Below are positions 52,176-64,000 of a DNA stretch of 64,000 nt, one piece after another (the stretch's first letter is position 1; each line of letters opens with the position of its first letter). Position numbers and translations under genes: made by a program. Source of the stretch: a candidate division CPR2 bacterium GW2011_GWC2_39_35 (GTDB lineage: Bacteria > Patescibacteriota > CPR2); assembly GCA_000995065.1 (NCBI GenBank), contig LBWX01000004.1:14431-78430 (forward strand). Reading direction: 5' to 3'. The notes beneath the pieces are model-generated. The model saw only the letters and a list, made by a program, of their open reading frames with translations. It was not told the origin of the DNA and did no database searches.

Positions 52176-54254
52176 CTATTTAGCTGCTGTTCTCTTGCCG
52201 ATAATCTCTTCGGTTACGTTTCGCGGTACTTCTTCGTAATGATCGAATTCCATGGTGTAAGCGGCACGTCCTTGGGACATTGATCTTAAGGTTGTCGCGT
52301 AGCCGAACATCTCGGCTAGAGGCACATGAGCATCAACTACCTTTACCCCCGCCCGTTCATCCATCTTCTGGATTCTGCCGCGCTTAGAATTTAAGTCGCC
52401 CATCACGTCACCCATGAATTCTTCCGGTGTGGTAACTTCTACCTTCATAATAGGCTCTAATATAATAGGATCGGCCTGTTTTACACCGGCCTGGAGGGCC
52501 ATGGAACCGGCAATCTTAAAGGCCATTTCGGAAGAGTCAACTTCGTGGAAGGAACCATCGTATAGCGTCGCTTTAACGTCTACTACCGGATAGCCGGCAA
52601 TAACACCGTTCCCCATAGCTTCCCTTATGCCCTGCTCTACCGGATTAATGTATTCCTTGGGAATAGTGCCGCCGACAATTTTATTAATAAATTCATAGCC
52701 TTTGCCGGACTCGTTCGGTTCGATCTCGAGCCAAACATGGCCGTACTGGCCTCTACCGCCGGACTGCCTGATGAATTTACCTTCGATCTTGGTACTTTTC
52801 TTGACGGTTTCTTTGTAAGCCACCTGGGGTTTGCCAACATTGGCCTCTACTTTAAATTCCCGCTTCATTCGGTCAACGATGATTTCTAAGTGAAGCTCGC
52901 CCATACCTTCGATAATAGTCTGTGCTGTTTCTTCGTTAGTTTTAACTCTAAAAGTTGGGTCTTCTTCTGCAAGACGAGATAATGCGATTCCCATTTTTTC
53001 CTGGTCTGCCTTGGTCTTAGGCTCGATAGCCACCGAAATAACCGGCTCCGGAAATACGATTTTTTCTAAGACAATCGGCTTGTCCACATCGCAAAGAGTG
53101 TCGCCCGTAGTTGTGCCCTTAAGCCCCACTGCCGCAGCAATCTCGCCGGCAAAAACTTGGGGCACTTCTTCCCTCTGGTTAGCGTGAAGTCTAATGATCC
53201 GGCCGATTCTTTCCTTGTCTCCGGTTGTTGCGTTTAGAATATAGGAGCCGGATTTTATATTACCCGAATAAACTCTAAAGAAAGCAAGCTTCCCGACAAA
53301 CGGATCGGCCGCAATCTTAAAAGCCAATGCTGAAAACGGCTCGGAGTCAGAAGCTGTTCGCTCCATTTCTTCCCCAGTTTTCGGATGAGTTCCCTTAACT
53401 GCCGGGACATCTAACGGATTTGGCAAGTAGCTAATGATAGCGTCAAGAAGCATCTCGACAACCACACCTCGCCCATCGCCGCCGAGCACCGGAAAAAAGT
53501 CGCCCTTAAGAACTGATTTTCGAATCGCTTCGGCAAATTCTGCGCTGGTGATCTCTTCGCCGCCCAGATATTTTTCCATTAAAGCGTCATCGGCCTCAAT
53601 AGCCTTTTCTAATAGTTCGTTACGATATTTTTCGGCTTTCTCCTTCATGTCCGCGGGAATATCACTCTCTTTTAATGTTTTATCCTTGTAGTCGTCGTAA
53701 ACGTAGGCCTTCATGGAAACCAAGTCGATGGCGCCGTTAATTCCCTGCTCGAAACCGATTGGCAACTGAAGAGCAAAAGCGTTAGGACTTAATCTGTCTC
53801 TTATGGAATCCAGGGACTTATAAAAATCGCCGCCGGTCTGGTTGATTTTATTGATAAAACAAATTCGCGGAACGTGATATTTGTCAGCCTGTCTCCATAC
53901 TGTTTCGGATTGAGGCTCAACACCCATCTTGCCGTCGAAAATAACCGCCGCACCGTCAAGAACTCTTAAAGACCGTTCTACTTCTACGGTAAAGTCTACG
54001 TGACCCGGGGTGTCGATGATATTAATTCTTTTGCCTTTCCAAAAACAGGTGGTAGCAGCCGAGGTAATAGTAATACCTCTTTCTCGTTCCTGCTCCATCC
54101 AGTCCATGGTAGCTTCGCCCTGATGAACTTCACCAATTTTGTGAGTTCTTCCGGTAATATACAAAATACCCTCAGTAACCGTCGTTTTACCGGCGTCAAT
54201 GTGGGCAATAATGCCAATGTTTCTAGTATTCTCTAAACTGTATTCTCTAGCCAT
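52176..54254 (-). CDS. fusA: elongation factor G (start trimmed to [25 protein letters not shown])
   Basis: GTPase motifs [21 protein letters not shown]-like; ~690 aa from the trimmed start. Confidence 0.95.
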   Translation of the reverse strand: MAREYSLENTRNIGIIAHIDAGKTTVTEGILYITGRTHKIGEVHQGEATMDWMEQERERGITITSAATTCFWKGKRINIIDTPGHVDFTVEVERSLRVLDGAAVIFDGKMGVEPQSETVWRQADKYHVPRICFINKINQTGGDFYKSLDSIRDRLSPNAFALQLPIGFEQGINGAIDLVSMKAYVYDDYKDKTLKESDIPADMKEKAEKYRNELLEKAIEADDALMEKYLGGEEITSAEFAEAIRKSVLKGDFFPVLGGDGRGVVVEMLLDAIISYLPNPLDVPAVKGTHPKTGEEMERTASDSEPFSALAFKIAADPFVGKLAFFRVYSGNIKSGSYILNATTGDKERIGRIIRLHANQREEVPQVFAGEIAAAVGLKGTTTGDTLCDVDKPIVLEKIVFPEPVISVAIEPKTKADQEKMGIALSRLAEEDPTFRVKTNEETAQTIIEGMGELHLEIIVDRMKREFKVEANVGKPQVAYKETVKKSTKIEGKFIRQSGGRGQYGHVWLEIEPNESGKGYEFINKIVGGTIPKEYINPVEQGIREAMGNGVIAGYPVVDVKATLYDGSFHEVDSSEMAFKIAGSMALQAGVKQADPIILEPIMKVEVTTPEEFMGDVMGDLNSKRGRIQKMDERAGVKVVDAHVPLAEMFGYATTLRSMSQGRAAYTMEFDHYEEVPRNVTEEIIGKRTAAK

Positions 54255-54287
54255 AAATCTCCCTAAATTCGTAAATTTAAATAATAA

Positions 54288-54428
54288 ATTCCTAATTGAT
54301 CTAATTTCTAATTTATAATAAAACCCCAATTTCTAAATGTATAATGTCTAAAATTTTTCCTTTGACATTGGTCATTTTGTCATTGGGATTTTATTAGGTC
54401 AATTAGGTTAATTAGAAATTAGACATTC
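54288..54428. repeat. AT-rich inverted repeat of the 'CTAATTTCTAAT / ATTAGAAATTAG' family (fusA-rpsG intergenic)
   Basis: Left arm cctaattgatctaatttctaatt ... right arm ttaggtcaattaggttaattagaaattagaca. Confidence 0.5.
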
Positions 54429-54430
54429 TA

Positions 54431-54907
54431 TTAATATCTAGCCAAATGCGCAAACGCCCTGTTTGCTTCAGCCATCTTGTGAGTATCTTCCTTCTTCTTG
54501 ATGGTTGTGCCGACGCCGTTATAAGTATCTAGAAGTTCTCCAGCTAAAGCCTTGTCAAAAGACATGCCTTTTCTAGCCCTGGCAGCAGCTAAAATCCATC
54601 TAATTGCAAGAGATAATCTTCTTGGATTTCTAACTTCTATTGGAACTTGATATGTGGCCCCGCCGATTCTTCTGGATTTTACCTCTAAAACCGGGGAAGC
54701 ATTTTTTATTGCAGCCTCAAAAACTTCTAAAGGACTTTTCTTCGTCTTTTCACCAACAATATCTAAAGCCTTGTATAAAAGATTATAAGCTAAATTCTTT
54801 TTGCCATCCCACATCATTTTTTGGGCAAATTTAGTAACTAAAATACTATTGTATTTTAGGTCTGGCAAAATTTCTCTTTTTTCTACTTTTCTTGGATCTC
54901 TTGGCAT
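54431..54907 (-). CDS. rpsG: 30S ribosomal protein S7
   Basis: [37 protein letters not shown]... Confidence 0.9.
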   Translation of the reverse strand: MPRDPRKVEKREILPDLKYNSILVTKFAQKMMWDGKKNLAYNLLYKALDIVGEKTKKSPLEVFEAAIKNASPVLEVKSRRIGGATYQVPIEVRNPRRLSLAIRWILAAARARKGMSFDKALAGELLDTYNGVGTTIKKKEDTHKMAEANRAFAHLARY

Positions 54908-54982
54908 ATATAACTCCTTCGTCGTTAGTGATCAATGAACAAGGAAACTTTTTGTTCTATGATCCTTGATCCCTGTTCTCTT

Positions 54983-55390
54983 TTAAGCTTTCTTAGCACC
55001 GTATTTAGACCGACCTTGTCCTCGCTTTGAAACACCAGCAGTGTCCAAGGCGCCTCTGACAATGTGATATCTCACACCCGGAAGATCTTTTACTCTTCCA
55101 CCTCGAATTAAGACCACAGAGTGTTCCTGTAAATTGTGGCCGATTCCTGGAATATAAGCAGTCACTTCCATACCATTAGTTAGTCTCACTCTTGCGATTT
55201 TTCTTAAGGCTGAGTTTGGTTTTTTAGGAGTGGTTGTTGAAACTTTAAGCGCAACACCTCTCTTAAAGGGAGAATGCACTTCTTTTGACCTATTTTTTAG
55301 CGCATTTGTAGACTTCGCCAAAGCAGGAGTCTTTGACTTCTTTATAACCCTTTTTCTTGGTTTTCTGATTAACTGTGAAATTGTTGGCAT
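54983..55390 (-). CDS. rpsL: 30S ribosomal protein S12
   Basis: [15 protein letters not shown]...[56 protein letters not shown]. Confidence 0.95.
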   Translation of the reverse strand: MPTISQLIRKPRKRVIKKSKTPALAKSTNALKNRSKEVHSPFKRGVALKVSTTTPKKPNSALRKIARVRLTNGMEVTAYIPGIGHNLQEHSVVLIRGGRVKDLPGVRYHIVRGALDTAGVSKRGQGRSKYGAKKA

Positions 55391-55471
55391 TAAATATCTC
55401 CTCTAGAATGAAATTTTACTGAATAAGTATACCATGATTTTTGTTGACAGTCAAAGATTTTGACTATTGGA

Positions 55472-55645
55472 TAAATTTCTAATTGCTCTAATTACTAATT
55501 TCTAATCAAATCTCAATTTCTAAATCTCTAATTTACCACCCTCGCCCCAACCCTCTCCCATTAAGGGAGAGGGAAAAATTTAGTCATTTTGTCATTGGTG
55601 CTTGGGAATTTATTAGATCAATTAGGTAGATTAGAAATTAGACAT
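55472..55645. repeat. 'CTAATTTCTAAT' inverted repeat with a nested GC-rich palindrome (rpsL-rpoC intergenic)
   Basis: aatttctaattgctctaattactaatttctaatcaaatctcaatttctaaatctctaattt ... [ccctctcccattaagggagaggg] ... tagtcattttgtcattggtgcttgggaatttattagatcaattaggtagattagaaattagacatt. The right half is about 75% identical to 54365..54425. Confidence 0.5.
55536..55577. repeat. same GC-rich palindromic element, copy D (opposite orientation, nested in the AT-rich inverted repeat)
   Basis: caccctcgccccaaccctctcccattaagggagagggaaaaa. Confidence 0.5.
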
Positions 55646-55649
55646 TTAT

Positions 55650-58600
55650 TTAATATTTCCTATGTCTAAACCCTGTTCCAACCGGAATTAGTTTTCCAAT
55701 GATCACGTTTTCTTTTAAGCCTCGTAGCTCGTCTATTTTACCTCTGGTAGCGGCTTCGATAAGTACCCTGGAGGTTTCCTGAAATGATGCCGCCGATAGG
55801 AATGAGTCTGTGGAAAGAGAAACCTTGGTAATAGAAAGGAGCAGTTTTTCGGCTGTTGCCGGCTTGTTGCCTTTCTTTTGAGTAGCCCCTGCGTTTTCTT
55901 TTTCGAAAGCAAACTTTGATACAATCTGACCGGAAGTAAAATCGGTATCCCCAGCATCTTCAATCTGATATCTAGAAAACATCTGTCTTACGATGATCTC
56001 AATGTGACGGTCGTTAATAGACTGGCCTTGAGAAGCATAAATCTGTTTTACTTCGGCAATAATGTATTCTTCAACAGCTCTTTCTCCAAGAAGCTTTAAG
56101 GCATTCTGAAGATTCCAGGAACCCTCAGTAAGCTGCTGGCCTTTTTCGACTTTCTCGCCGTCTTCTACTCGCATACCAGTCTGAAGAGGAATTTCGTATT
56201 CTTTAGCTTCCGGCTCCCTTTCGACAATAATTTTCTCTTGAATAACCTTAGCTTTTCCGGCATTTTTAGCCTTAACCGGCTTCTTGCCACCTTTTGTAAT
56301 AAGGACTTGCCCGGCCTGAACCTGTTCGCCATTTTTGATCTCAACATCAAGACCTTTAATCTCGTATTCATCTTCTTCGGTAATATCAGAAATGATTCTG
56401 ATGGTTCGTTTATGTTCGGTGTCTTTAATTTGTACTTTACCTTCGATTTCGGATAACACAGCTTCACCTTTTGGATTTCTGGCTTCGAACAATTCTTCTA
56501 CTCGAGGGAGACCCTGAGTGATGTCAAGACCAGCTACGCCACCAGTGTGGAAGGTTCTCATAGTAAGCTGTGTACCGGGCTCACCAATAGACTGAGCGGC
56601 CATAATACCAACTGCCTCACCTAGCTTTACCGGTTCGCCGGTAGCCAAGTTTGTGCCGTAACACTGCTGACAAATTCCCCATCTGGTTCGGCAAGTAAGA
56701 ACTGCTCTGATACCCACTGATTGAACATTAGAAGCTTCGATTTCTGCGGCTTTTTCTTCGCTCACTACTTCGCCTTCTTTTGCAATAACCTCGCCGGTTT
56801 CCGGATCAATAACTTTCTTTAAGATAACTCTTCCTCTGACTCTATCTGCAAATGATTCGCCAATTGCCTTGGCACTCTTTTTGTAAATCGTAATGCCGTC
56901 TTTGTCTTTACAATCAAGTTCGGTAATAATTACGTCCTGAGAAACATCAACTAATCTTCTGGTTAGATAACCTGAGTCCGAAGTTCTAAGAGCCACGTCG
57001 GAAAGACCTTTTCTAGCACCATGGGTAGAGATAAAGTACTCGAGCACGGTAAGACCTTCTTTGTAGTTTGATCTAACCGGAAGTTCGATAATCTCGCCAG
57101 TCGGAGAAACCACCGCACCTTTCATACCAGCCATCTGGGTTAACTGGTCGACTTTACCGCGAGCACCGGAGTTCACCATAATCGCAATGCTTGTATAAGG
57201 ATCAAGATTATCTCTCATCGCACCCTGAACTTCATTTTTTACCTTTTCCCAAAGCTCAACAGTTTTTTCGTATCTTTCTTGTTCGGTAATAAGACCTCTT
57301 TGAAACTGCTTTTGAATTTCGGTTACTTTAAGTTCTGCCTCGTCTATGATTTTTTTCTTGGCTGGAGGTGTTACGACATCGGATACAGCCATCGAAAGTC
57401 CGGAAGCCATAGAATACTCAAATCCAAGGTCCTTAATTTTGTCTACAAATTTGGCTGTAACTTCTTTTCCGATTTCTTTGTAAGATTTGGCTACCAATTT
57501 ACCTAGAGTTTTACTATCTAGAACATCATTTATATAGCCAAGTTCTTTTGGCACGATCTGGTTAAATATGACACGGCCAACAGTGGTGTCTATTAGCTTA
57601 CCATCATTTCTTACCTTAATTTTGGCGTTTAGATCGACTACGGAAAGCTGATATGCCATCATAACTTCGTCTGCATCCATAAACACCTTGCCATCACCCT
57701 TGCCGCTTTCTCTATCCATCGTTAAGTAGTAGCAACCCATAACCATGTCTTGGGTTGGTTTTACTACCGGTTCACCAGCAGCCGGCTTTAAAAGGTTGTT
57801 AGCAGATAACATGATGTTTCTGGCTTCTTCTTGAGCAGCTCTGGATAAAGGAACGTGAACCGCCATTTGGTCACCGTCGAAGTCTGCGTTAAAAGCGGTT
57901 GTTACCAATGGATGAATTCTAATGGCCTTACCTTCGATAAGAACCGGTTGAAAAGCCTGAATACCAAGACGGTGAAGGGTTGGAGCTCGATTTAGAAGAA
58001 CATATTTTTCTTTAATTACTTCTTCTAAAGCGTCCCAAACTTCATTTCGTTTTTTTTCTATCATCCTTGACGCGCTTTTTACGTTATGGGCATATCCCTC
58101 AGCAATAAGTCTGGAGATCACAAATGGTTTAAAGAGTTCCAAGGCCATCATTTTTGGAAGACCGCACTGGTGAAGCCTTAGATCCGGACCTACAACGATA
58201 ACGGAACGTCCGGAATAATCAACACGCTTACCAAGTAAATTTTGTCTGAATCGGCCCTGTTTACCTTTAAGCATGTCGGCTAAAGACCTTAATTTTCTTC
58301 TAGCGCCAGTTGAAGCTACCGCTTTTTCTCTTCTAGCCGAGTTATCAATTAAGGCGTCCACTGCTTCCTGAAGCATTCTTTTTTCGTTTCGACATATGAT
58401 TTCCGGCGCATCTATGTCGATTAATTTTCGAAGTCGATTATTTCTGTTAATAACTCTTCTGTATAGATCGTTAAGGTCTGATGTTGCATATCGGCCGCCA
58501 TCAAGCTGAACCATTGGCCTTAGATCTGGCGGAATAACTGGTAAAACAGATAACACCATCCATTCCGGCTTAATTTCAGCACCAACCATTCCCTCTAAAA

Positions 58601-59387
58601 GTTTTAATCTTCTTAAAGCCTTTTTCTTTCTTTGGCCCTGGGTGGCATCAACTTCTTCTATAAGTTCATCGATAATCTTTTTAAAATTAATACCTTTAAG
58701 AAGTTCTAAAATGGCTTCGGCGCCCATTCCGGCCCTAAAAACTTCACCATACTTCATGGATAATTCTCGATACTTAATTTCGTTTAGAAGTTGGCCTGGT
58801 TCCAAAGATTCTATTTCCTCTTTGGCGGTATCTCGGATTGATTCGAGATTAGTGGCCTGAGCTCCTAATTCTTCTTCAGACTTTTCACCGGCATTTTTAG
58901 TAATTTCTTCTTTTTTCGTTTTAAATTCTTCTTCTAAAGATGCAAGAACTCTGTGTTTTGCTTCTTCATCTACTCGGATTACAACATAACTTGCAAAATA
59001 GACGATTTTTTCGATGTCTTTAACGCCCATGTCTAGCGCAGTTCCAATAGATGATGGCACTCCTCTTAAAAACCAAATATGAGTTACCGGAACCGCCAGT
59101 TTAATGTGGCCCATTCTTTCTCTTCTTACAATCGATCTGGTTACTTCCACACCACACTTATCGCAAATCACACCTTTATATCGAATTCTCTTGTACTTTC
59201 CACAATAACATTCCCAGTCCTTAGTGGGACCAAAAATTCTTTCACAGAACAAACCGTCTTTTTCCGGTTTCTGAGTTCTATAGTTTATAGTTTCCGGCTT
59301 CGTTACTTCTCCATGAGACCAATCCAAAATGTTTTCTGGAGAAGCAATCGATAGCCTAACTGCGTCGAAAATAGTTCTATCAGTCAT
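55650..59387 (-). CDS. rpoC: DNA-directed RNA polymerase beta' subunit
   Basis: 1245 aa; [12 protein letters not shown] catalytic motif; zinc-binding Cys clusters. Confidence 0.97.
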   Translation of the reverse strand: MTDRTIFDAVRLSIASPENILDWSHGEVTKPETINYRTQKPEKDGLFCERIFGPTKDWECYCGKYKRIRYKGVICDKCGVEVTRSIVRRERMGHIKLAVPVTHIWFLRGVPSSIGTALDMGVKDIEKIVYFASYVVIRVDEEAKHRVLASLEEEFKTKKEEITKNAGEKSEEELGAQATNLESIRDTAKEEIESLEPGQLLNEIKYRELSMKYGEVFRAGMGAEAILELLKGINFKKIIDELIEEVDATQGQRKKKALRRLKLLEGMVGAEIKPEWMVLSVLPVIPPDLRPMVQLDGGRYATSDLNDLYRRVINRNNRLRKLIDIDAPEIICRNEKRMLQEAVDALIDNSARREKAVASTGARRKLRSLADMLKGKQGRFRQNLLGKRVDYSGRSVIVVGPDLRLHQCGLPKMMALELFKPFVISRLIAEGYAHNVKSASRMIEKKRNEVWDALEEVIKEKYVLLNRAPTLHRLGIQAFQPVLIEGKAIRIHPLVTTAFNADFDGDQMAVHVPLSRAAQEEARNIMLSANNLLKPAAGEPVVKPTQDMVMGCYYLTMDRESGKGDGKVFMDADEVMMAYQLSVVDLNAKIKVRNDGKLIDTTVGRVIFNQIVPKELGYINDVLDSKTLGKLVAKSYKEIGKEVTAKFVDKIKDLGFEYSMASGLSMAVSDVVTPPAKKKIIDEAELKVTEIQKQFQRGLITEQERYEKTVELWEKVKNEVQGAMRDNLDPYTSIAIMVNSGARGKVDQLTQMAGMKGAVVSPTGEIIELPVRSNYKEGLTVLEYFISTHGARKGLSDVALRTSDSGYLTRRLVDVSQDVIITELDCKDKDGITIYKKSAKAIGESFADRVRGRVILKKVIDPETGEVIAKEGEVVSEEKAAEIEASNVQSVGIRAVLTCRTRWGICQQCYGTNLATGEPVKLGEAVGIMAAQSIGEPGTQLTMRTFHTGGVAGLDITQGLPRVEELFEARNPKGEAVLSEIEGKVQIKDTEHKRTIRIISDITEEDEYEIKGLDVEIKNGEQVQAGQVLITKGGKKPVKAKNAGKAKVIQEKIIVEREPEAKEYEIPLQTGMRVEDGEKVEKGQQLTEGSWNLQNALKLLGERAVEEYIIAEVKQIYASQGQSINDRHIEIIVRQMFSRYQIEDAGDTDFTSGQIVSKFAFEKENAGATQKKGNKPATAEKLLLSITKVSLSTDSFLSAASFQETSRVLIEAATRGKIDELRGLKENVIIGKLIPVGTGFRHRKY

Positions 59388-62300
59388 TATTCAACCTCCT
59401 CTTCTCGTCCAGAGGACGATCCGCCTATGGCGGATACTTCATTATCATAGGAAGCTTCGGATTCCGCAGCCTCATCTAAAGCTTCGAAGTCATCAATTTC
59501 GCTTAAATTCGATGTATCAACAATCGGCAGGCCTTCGGCGGCAGCTGATTCTGATTCTGCCTCCAAAAGTTTTGGACTCTCTATCGATTTTGCCTCGTCC
59601 TCATAACCTTTTTCGATTACATCATCAGCATCCATTACCTTCGCTTTTGGTTTTTCGGTATCAAGTAATTCTACCGAAAGCCCAAGAGCTTGCAATTCTT
59701 TAACCAAAACGTTAAAAGATTCTGGAACTCTAGGCTCTTTGATTTCTTCACCTTTAATAATTGCTTCGTAAGCCTTAGACCTACCTATAACATCATCTGA
59801 TTTTATAGTTAGAATTTCCTGAAGAGTATGAGCAGCACCGTAAGCCTCAAGCGCCCAAACTTCCATCTCTCCAAATCTCTGTCCGCCCATCTGAGCTTTA
59901 CCACCAAGAGGCTGCTGTGTAACCATTGCGTATGGCCCGGTTGATCTAGCGTGCATTTTATCTTCAACTAAGTGGCTAAGCTTTAGCATGTATTTTTTAC
60001 CAACAGTGATTTTCTCTTTGAATGGTTCACCGGTTCGGCCGTTATATAGAGTAACTTTTCCTTCTACCGGAAGACCAGCCTTTTTTAGATATTCTTGAAC
60101 GATTTCTATAGTGGCACCTTCAAATACCGGCGTGGCAATTTTCTCGCCAAGCCTGGAAGCGGCCCAACCAAGATGGGTCTCTAAAATCTGACCCAAGTTC
60201 ATTCTGGAAACGATGCCTAATGGCGAGAGAATGATGTCGATTGGCGTACCATCTTCTAGGTATGGCATATCGGCAACCGGAAGAACTTTAGAAATAACAC
60301 CTTTGTTACCGTGTCGTCCAGCCATCTTATCGCCTACTGAAATTTTTCGCATTTGAGCAACAGAAACTTCTATTCTCTTAATAACGCCAGCGGGAAGCTC
60401 GTCTCCTTTATCTCTAGCGAATATTGTGATGCCAATAATCTTACCGTGCTCACCAGTCGGAAGCCTTAAGGACGTATCTTTTACGTCTCTAGCCTTCTCT
60501 CCAAAGATAGCTCTTAGGAGTCTCTCTTCTGCGGTTAGCTCAGTCTCGCCTTTCGGTGTAATTTTACCAACCAAGATGTCTCCGGAAGTTACTTGAGCCC
60601 CGATTCTAACAATTCCGTCTTCGTCCAAGTCTCTTAAGGCTTCCTCGCCGACATTTGGGATATCTCTTGTAATTACTTCTGGACCGAGTTTAGTGTCTCG
60701 GATATCCATCGTAAATTTTTCGATATGAACCGAAGTATAAACATCATCTTTTACAAGTCTTTCGGAAATAATGATCGCGTCTTCATAGTTGGCTCCGCCC
60801 CATGACATATAAGCCACTAGAACGTTCTGACCAAGAGCAAGCTCGCCTGCTTGAATCGAAGGACCATCTACCAAAAGATCGCCTTTTTTAACCTCATCAC
60901 CATTTTCGGCGACAGCTCTCTGGTTTATAGAAGTATCTTGGTTCGAACCGACAAACTTATTTAATAGATAAGTCTTTTCTTCACCGTCATTATAAGTAAC
61001 ACCGATCTGAGAGGCAGAAACTGATGTAACCACACCGTCTCTTTCGGCATAGATACAGTGGCCAGAATCCTCAGCTACTTTTTGCTCTACACCAGTTCCA
61101 ACAATTGGAGAATCGGGCTTAATTAAAGCGACAGCCTGACGTTGCATGTTAGCACCCATCAAAGCTCTGGCAGCATCATCATGCTCCAAAAATGGAATCA
61201 AAGATGCAGCAACAGAAACGATCTGTTTTGAGGAAACGTCCATATAGTCGATATTGTAAGCAAATTCTTCACCGGCCTGACCGTGAACCCGAGCCGAAAC
61301 TCTGTCTTCAATAATATAACCTTTTTCATCAAGCTTTGTTGTTGCTTGCGCATTGATGTATCTTTCATCATCATAAGCATCAAGATAAACAACTTCTTTT
61401 TTAACTAAAGGCTTAATCTTAACAGTCTTTTTATCGAGCTTTCCAATTTTTTCGGCTGTTTCTTTAGAAACTTCTTCGCCGGCTTTGGCCATTACCTTGC
61501 CCTTAGCGTCTTCGATGTCTTCTGCGATGATTTTACCGGCAAGTTCAGCTGGATTATTTTGAACGGTGGTTAAAACCTTTCTGTAAGGAGCTACCATAAA
61601 ACCGTATTCGTTAATCTTAGTATAAGAAGCGAGGGAGTTTACCAAACCAATGTTTGGACCTTCCGGAGTTTCAATCGGGCAAATTCTAGAATAGTGAGTT
61701 CGGTGAACGTCCCTGACCTCGAATCCGGCTCTTTCTCTAGAAAGTCCGCCAGGACCCATAGCCGATAATCTTCTTTTGTGTACCAATTCGGCAAGCGGGT
61801 TTGTTTGATCAGCAAACTGAGAAAGCTGAGACGAAGCAAAGAATTCTCTAAGGGATGCCATTACCGGACGATTATTAATTAGCTGAGCTGGAGTTACAGC
61901 GTTTGGATCGATAATCGACATTCTGTCTTTTATAATTCTTTCCATTCGAAGCAGACCAACTCTGAATCGTTGTTGAATAAGCTCGCCAACTGCTCGAAGT
62001 CTTCTATTCCCTAAGTGATCGATATCATCAGCTTTACCAATACCATTATTTAGTCTTATGACTTCTCTTATGATTTCTACTAAATCTTCCGGTCTTAGAA
62101 CCCAATTTTCTTTATCGTTAGAAACGTCGAGTCCAAGTCTTTTATTTAGCTTGTATCTACCAACTCGGGATAGATCATATCGCTTAAAGTCTTTAAACAT
62201 GGCGTCAATAAGGCTTCTGGCGTTTTCCACTGTCGCTAAATCACCCGGCCTAATTCTTTTATATACTTCTACGTAAGCTTCGGACTGATTGGCAGCCGGA

Positions 62301-62995
62301 TCTTTATCTAAAGTAGATGTAATGTAGTCTCTGTCTTTGTTCGTATTTACATCAGCAAAAGCTTTTTTGATTTCTTCATTCGAAGAAAAACCAAAAGCTC
62401 TGAGTAATGTAGTAATAGGAATTTTTCTTTTTCGGTCGATTTTTACCGAAATGATGTTTTGCGGGCTGGTTTCTATTTCTAGCCAAGCACCGCGATTTGG
62501 AATTATTTTAGCGCCGAAGTATTCTTCGCCGCCGATGGATTCAGAATTAAAGAAAGCTCCAGCTGACCTTACCAACTGGGTTACCACGACTCTTTCGACA
62601 CCATTAATAACAAAGGAACCTCGGGTAGTCATGATTGGAAAATCACCAAGATAGATTTCTTGTTCTCTAACACGTCCGGTGATTTTGTTTTTAAGTTCTG
62701 CTTTTACTTTTAAAGAAGCTTCGTAAGTTGCATTCTTTTCTTTGGCTTGTCTTTCGGTGTACTTAGGCTCTTCTAAGTAATAATCACCAAAACTAAGCTC
62801 CAACGCTTTTCCAGTAAAATCCTCGATTGGATTAATTTCGTCTAAGAGTTCTCTTAAACCCTTCTTTAGAAACCAATCATAAGAGTTTCTCTGAATCTCG
62901 ATTAAATTCGGCAATGCTAAAACTTCTTGAGACTTTCCTAGATACTTCCGTTGTGAGCTCGCCCCAAGAAGAGAAAGAGAGGTCTTTTTTGACAT
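59387..62995 (-). CDS. rpoB: DNA-directed RNA polymerase beta subunit
   Basis: 1202 aa; conserved beta blocks (e.g. ..[23 protein letters not shown]..). Confidence 0.97.
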   Translation of the reverse strand: MSKKTSLSLLGASSQRKYLGKSQEVLALPNLIEIQRNSYDWFLKKGLRELLDEINPIEDFTGKALELSFGDYYLEEPKYTERQAKEKNATYEASLKVKAELKNKITGRVREQEIYLGDFPIMTTRGSFVINGVERVVVTQLVRSAGAFFNSESIGGEEYFGAKIIPNRGAWLEIETSPQNIISVKIDRKRKIPITTLLRAFGFSSNEEIKKAFADVNTNKDRDYITSTLDKDPAANQSEAYVEVYKRIRPGDLATVENARSLIDAMFKDFKRYDLSRVGRYKLNKRLGLDVSNDKENWVLRPEDLVEIIREVIRLNNGIGKADDIDHLGNRRLRAVGELIQQRFRVGLLRMERIIKDRMSIIDPNAVTPAQLINNRPVMASLREFFASSQLSQFADQTNPLAELVHKRRLSAMGPGGLSRERAGFEVRDVHRTHYSRICPIETPEGPNIGLVNSLASYTKINEYGFMVAPYRKVLTTVQNNPAELAGKIIAEDIEDAKGKVMAKAGEEVSKETAEKIGKLDKKTVKIKPLVKKEVVYLDAYDDERYINAQATTKLDEKGYIIEDRVSARVHGQAGEEFAYNIDYMDVSSKQIVSVAASLIPFLEHDDAARALMGANMQRQAVALIKPDSPIVGTGVEQKVAEDSGHCIYAERDGVVTSVSASQIGVTYNDGEEKTYLLNKFVGSNQDTSINQRAVAENGDEVKKGDLLVDGPSIQAGELALGQNVLVAYMSWGGANYEDAIIISERLVKDDVYTSVHIEKFTMDIRDTKLGPEVITRDIPNVGEEALRDLDEDGIVRIGAQVTSGDILVGKITPKGETELTAEERLLRAIFGEKARDVKDTSLRLPTGEHGKIIGITIFARDKGDELPAGVIKRIEVSVAQMRKISVGDKMAGRHGNKGVISKVLPVADMPYLEDGTPIDIILSPLGIVSRMNLGQILETHLGWAASRLGEKIATPVFEGATIEIVQEYLKKAGLPVEGKVTLYNGRTGEPFKEKITVGKKYMLKLSHLVEDKMHARSTGPYAMVTQQPLGGKAQMGGQRFGEMEVWALEAYGAAHTLQEILTIKSDDVIGRSKAYEAIIKGEEIKEPRVPESFNVLVKELQALGLSVELLDTEKPKAKVMDADDVIEKGYEDEAKSIESPKLLEAESESAAAEGLPIVDTSNLSEIDDFEALDEAAESEASYDNEVSAIGGSSSGREEEVE

Positions 62996-64000
62996 AAAAA
63001 ATGGACTCCTTCTTAAAAGGCTTAATTTATATTAAAACTAATTGTTTATTCGCTTGTTTTTCAAAGTTGATTTGGATAGAACTTTACAAAACTTAAAAAA
63101 AGAGTATCAAAAATTGATACCTTTGTCAATATTTTTTAACACTAAAAATAATTTATTTGTAACATGCACCAAAGTTAATCTTTTCTTCTAGGGCTTTAAA
63201 TATAAAGCCTTTTAATTGTATGTGAGTCCTAGCACTATTTTAACAAACGAATAAGAAAAAACAACAGGAAATTTAGGAAAAAAGTAAACTAATTGGCTGA
63301 TGGGTTAATAGGAAATATTGAATTTCAAAAAAGTCATTCCCGACTATACCATTAAAAAATATAATCCGTTGATCGGGAATCCAGAACTCACCCAGAATTC
63401 TTTTTTGAATTATTCCTACTTTTATGATATTCTTGCCGAGAAGAGGCAGGGGCTGGACATTATCAAAAGATCACTCGGCAGTTAGCAATACCCGCGTATG
63501 ACTTTTGTCATCGGAGCTAGGTTATTATACCTAGACGCACCTTCGCCGTCCAGATCAGAAGATAGGTTAACCGGTTATTTGCAGAGTTCCTTTGTGTCGA
63601 ATCAAGTTTTTGCTTGAACATCCGACCTTATTCACCACCACTCGGTTGTGAATTATATGCTGCACAAACAACTCTGTTAAAATTAAACATCCGTTTAAGG
63701 GTCCCCGCCACCGGTCAGCCATCCAGTCCCTCGCCTTCTCTTTTTGCCATGCAGGCTCATCATACACATTTCCCGCCCACCTGCATGGTTTTTCTTTTTA
63801 AACCTTTGTATTCCAATCTTAAATTACACACAAATAATACACGCAACTTGCCCCCTTCGGCTCTTGAACAACATTACGCTTTTTGTGCGACCGCACAAAA
63901 AGCGTAATGTCTAGGTTAGGGGCCAAAATTTAAAGATTAGAGCATGATGTGTGAAGGCTATCAATTACAAAATCAATGAAATTCCAGCAATAAGTATCAT

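Noticed and set aside
63567-63907. Two overlapping ORFs (66 aa minus strand, 97 aa plus strand) upstream of rpoB
   Set aside because: Mutually overlapping on opposite strands, odd amino-acid composition, and they span a perfect palindrome. Non-coding is more likely.

Overview
This is a low-GC (about 35-38%) bacterial chromosome segment, most plausibly from a CPR/Patescibacteria-type organism. The basis is inference from the sequence itself: the spc ribosomal cluster has no L30, several proteins carry Lys-rich tails, intergenic spacers are very AT-rich hairpins, and the secreted-protein repertoire is unusual. Almost every gene is on the minus strand. From left to right the window contains the following.

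- 0-10.3 kb: a cluster of membrane and cell-surface proteins. It has three plus-strand membrane proteins, two FN3-like proteins, a TolB-like beta-propeller protein, and two tandem class-A-beta-lactamase-like serine hydrolase paralogs, each preceded by a tiny membrane-helix ORF. A secreted protein at 9.1-10.3 kb shares its C-terminal domain with the propeller protein.
- 10.6-18.8 kb: an F-type ATPase operon, atpC-atpD-atpG-atpA-atpH-atpF, with no atpB. Its c subunit (atpE) has lost the essential carboxylate and is encoded in frame at the C-terminus of a 590-aa secreted Ig-like protein.
- 18.9-21.2 kb: a secreted dockerin-bearing protein and a membrane-anchored surface protein.
- 21.5-22.7 kb: tRNA-Trp, rpmG, tRNA-Thr(GGU), tRNA-Tyr, tRNA-Thr(UGU) and a decayed tRNA-Thr copy.
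- 23-31 kb: yaaT/holB, rluD-like, DksA-like, an RCK K+-channel-like protein, cdaR/ybbR, an N-terminal-only cdaA lacking the cyclase domain, Dabb, a glyoxalase-family protein and MazG.
- 31.9-63.0 kb: a str/S10/spc/alpha ribosomal super-operon. It runs rpoB, rpoC, rpsL, rpsG, fusA, [GC-rich insertion], tuf, rpsJ, [1.9-kb insertion], rplC through rplO, secY, infA, rpmJ, rpsM, rpsK, rpsD, rpoA, rplQ, rplM, rpsI.

Several families of long palindromic intergenic repeats occur throughout. I found no CRISPR array, transposase or integrase.
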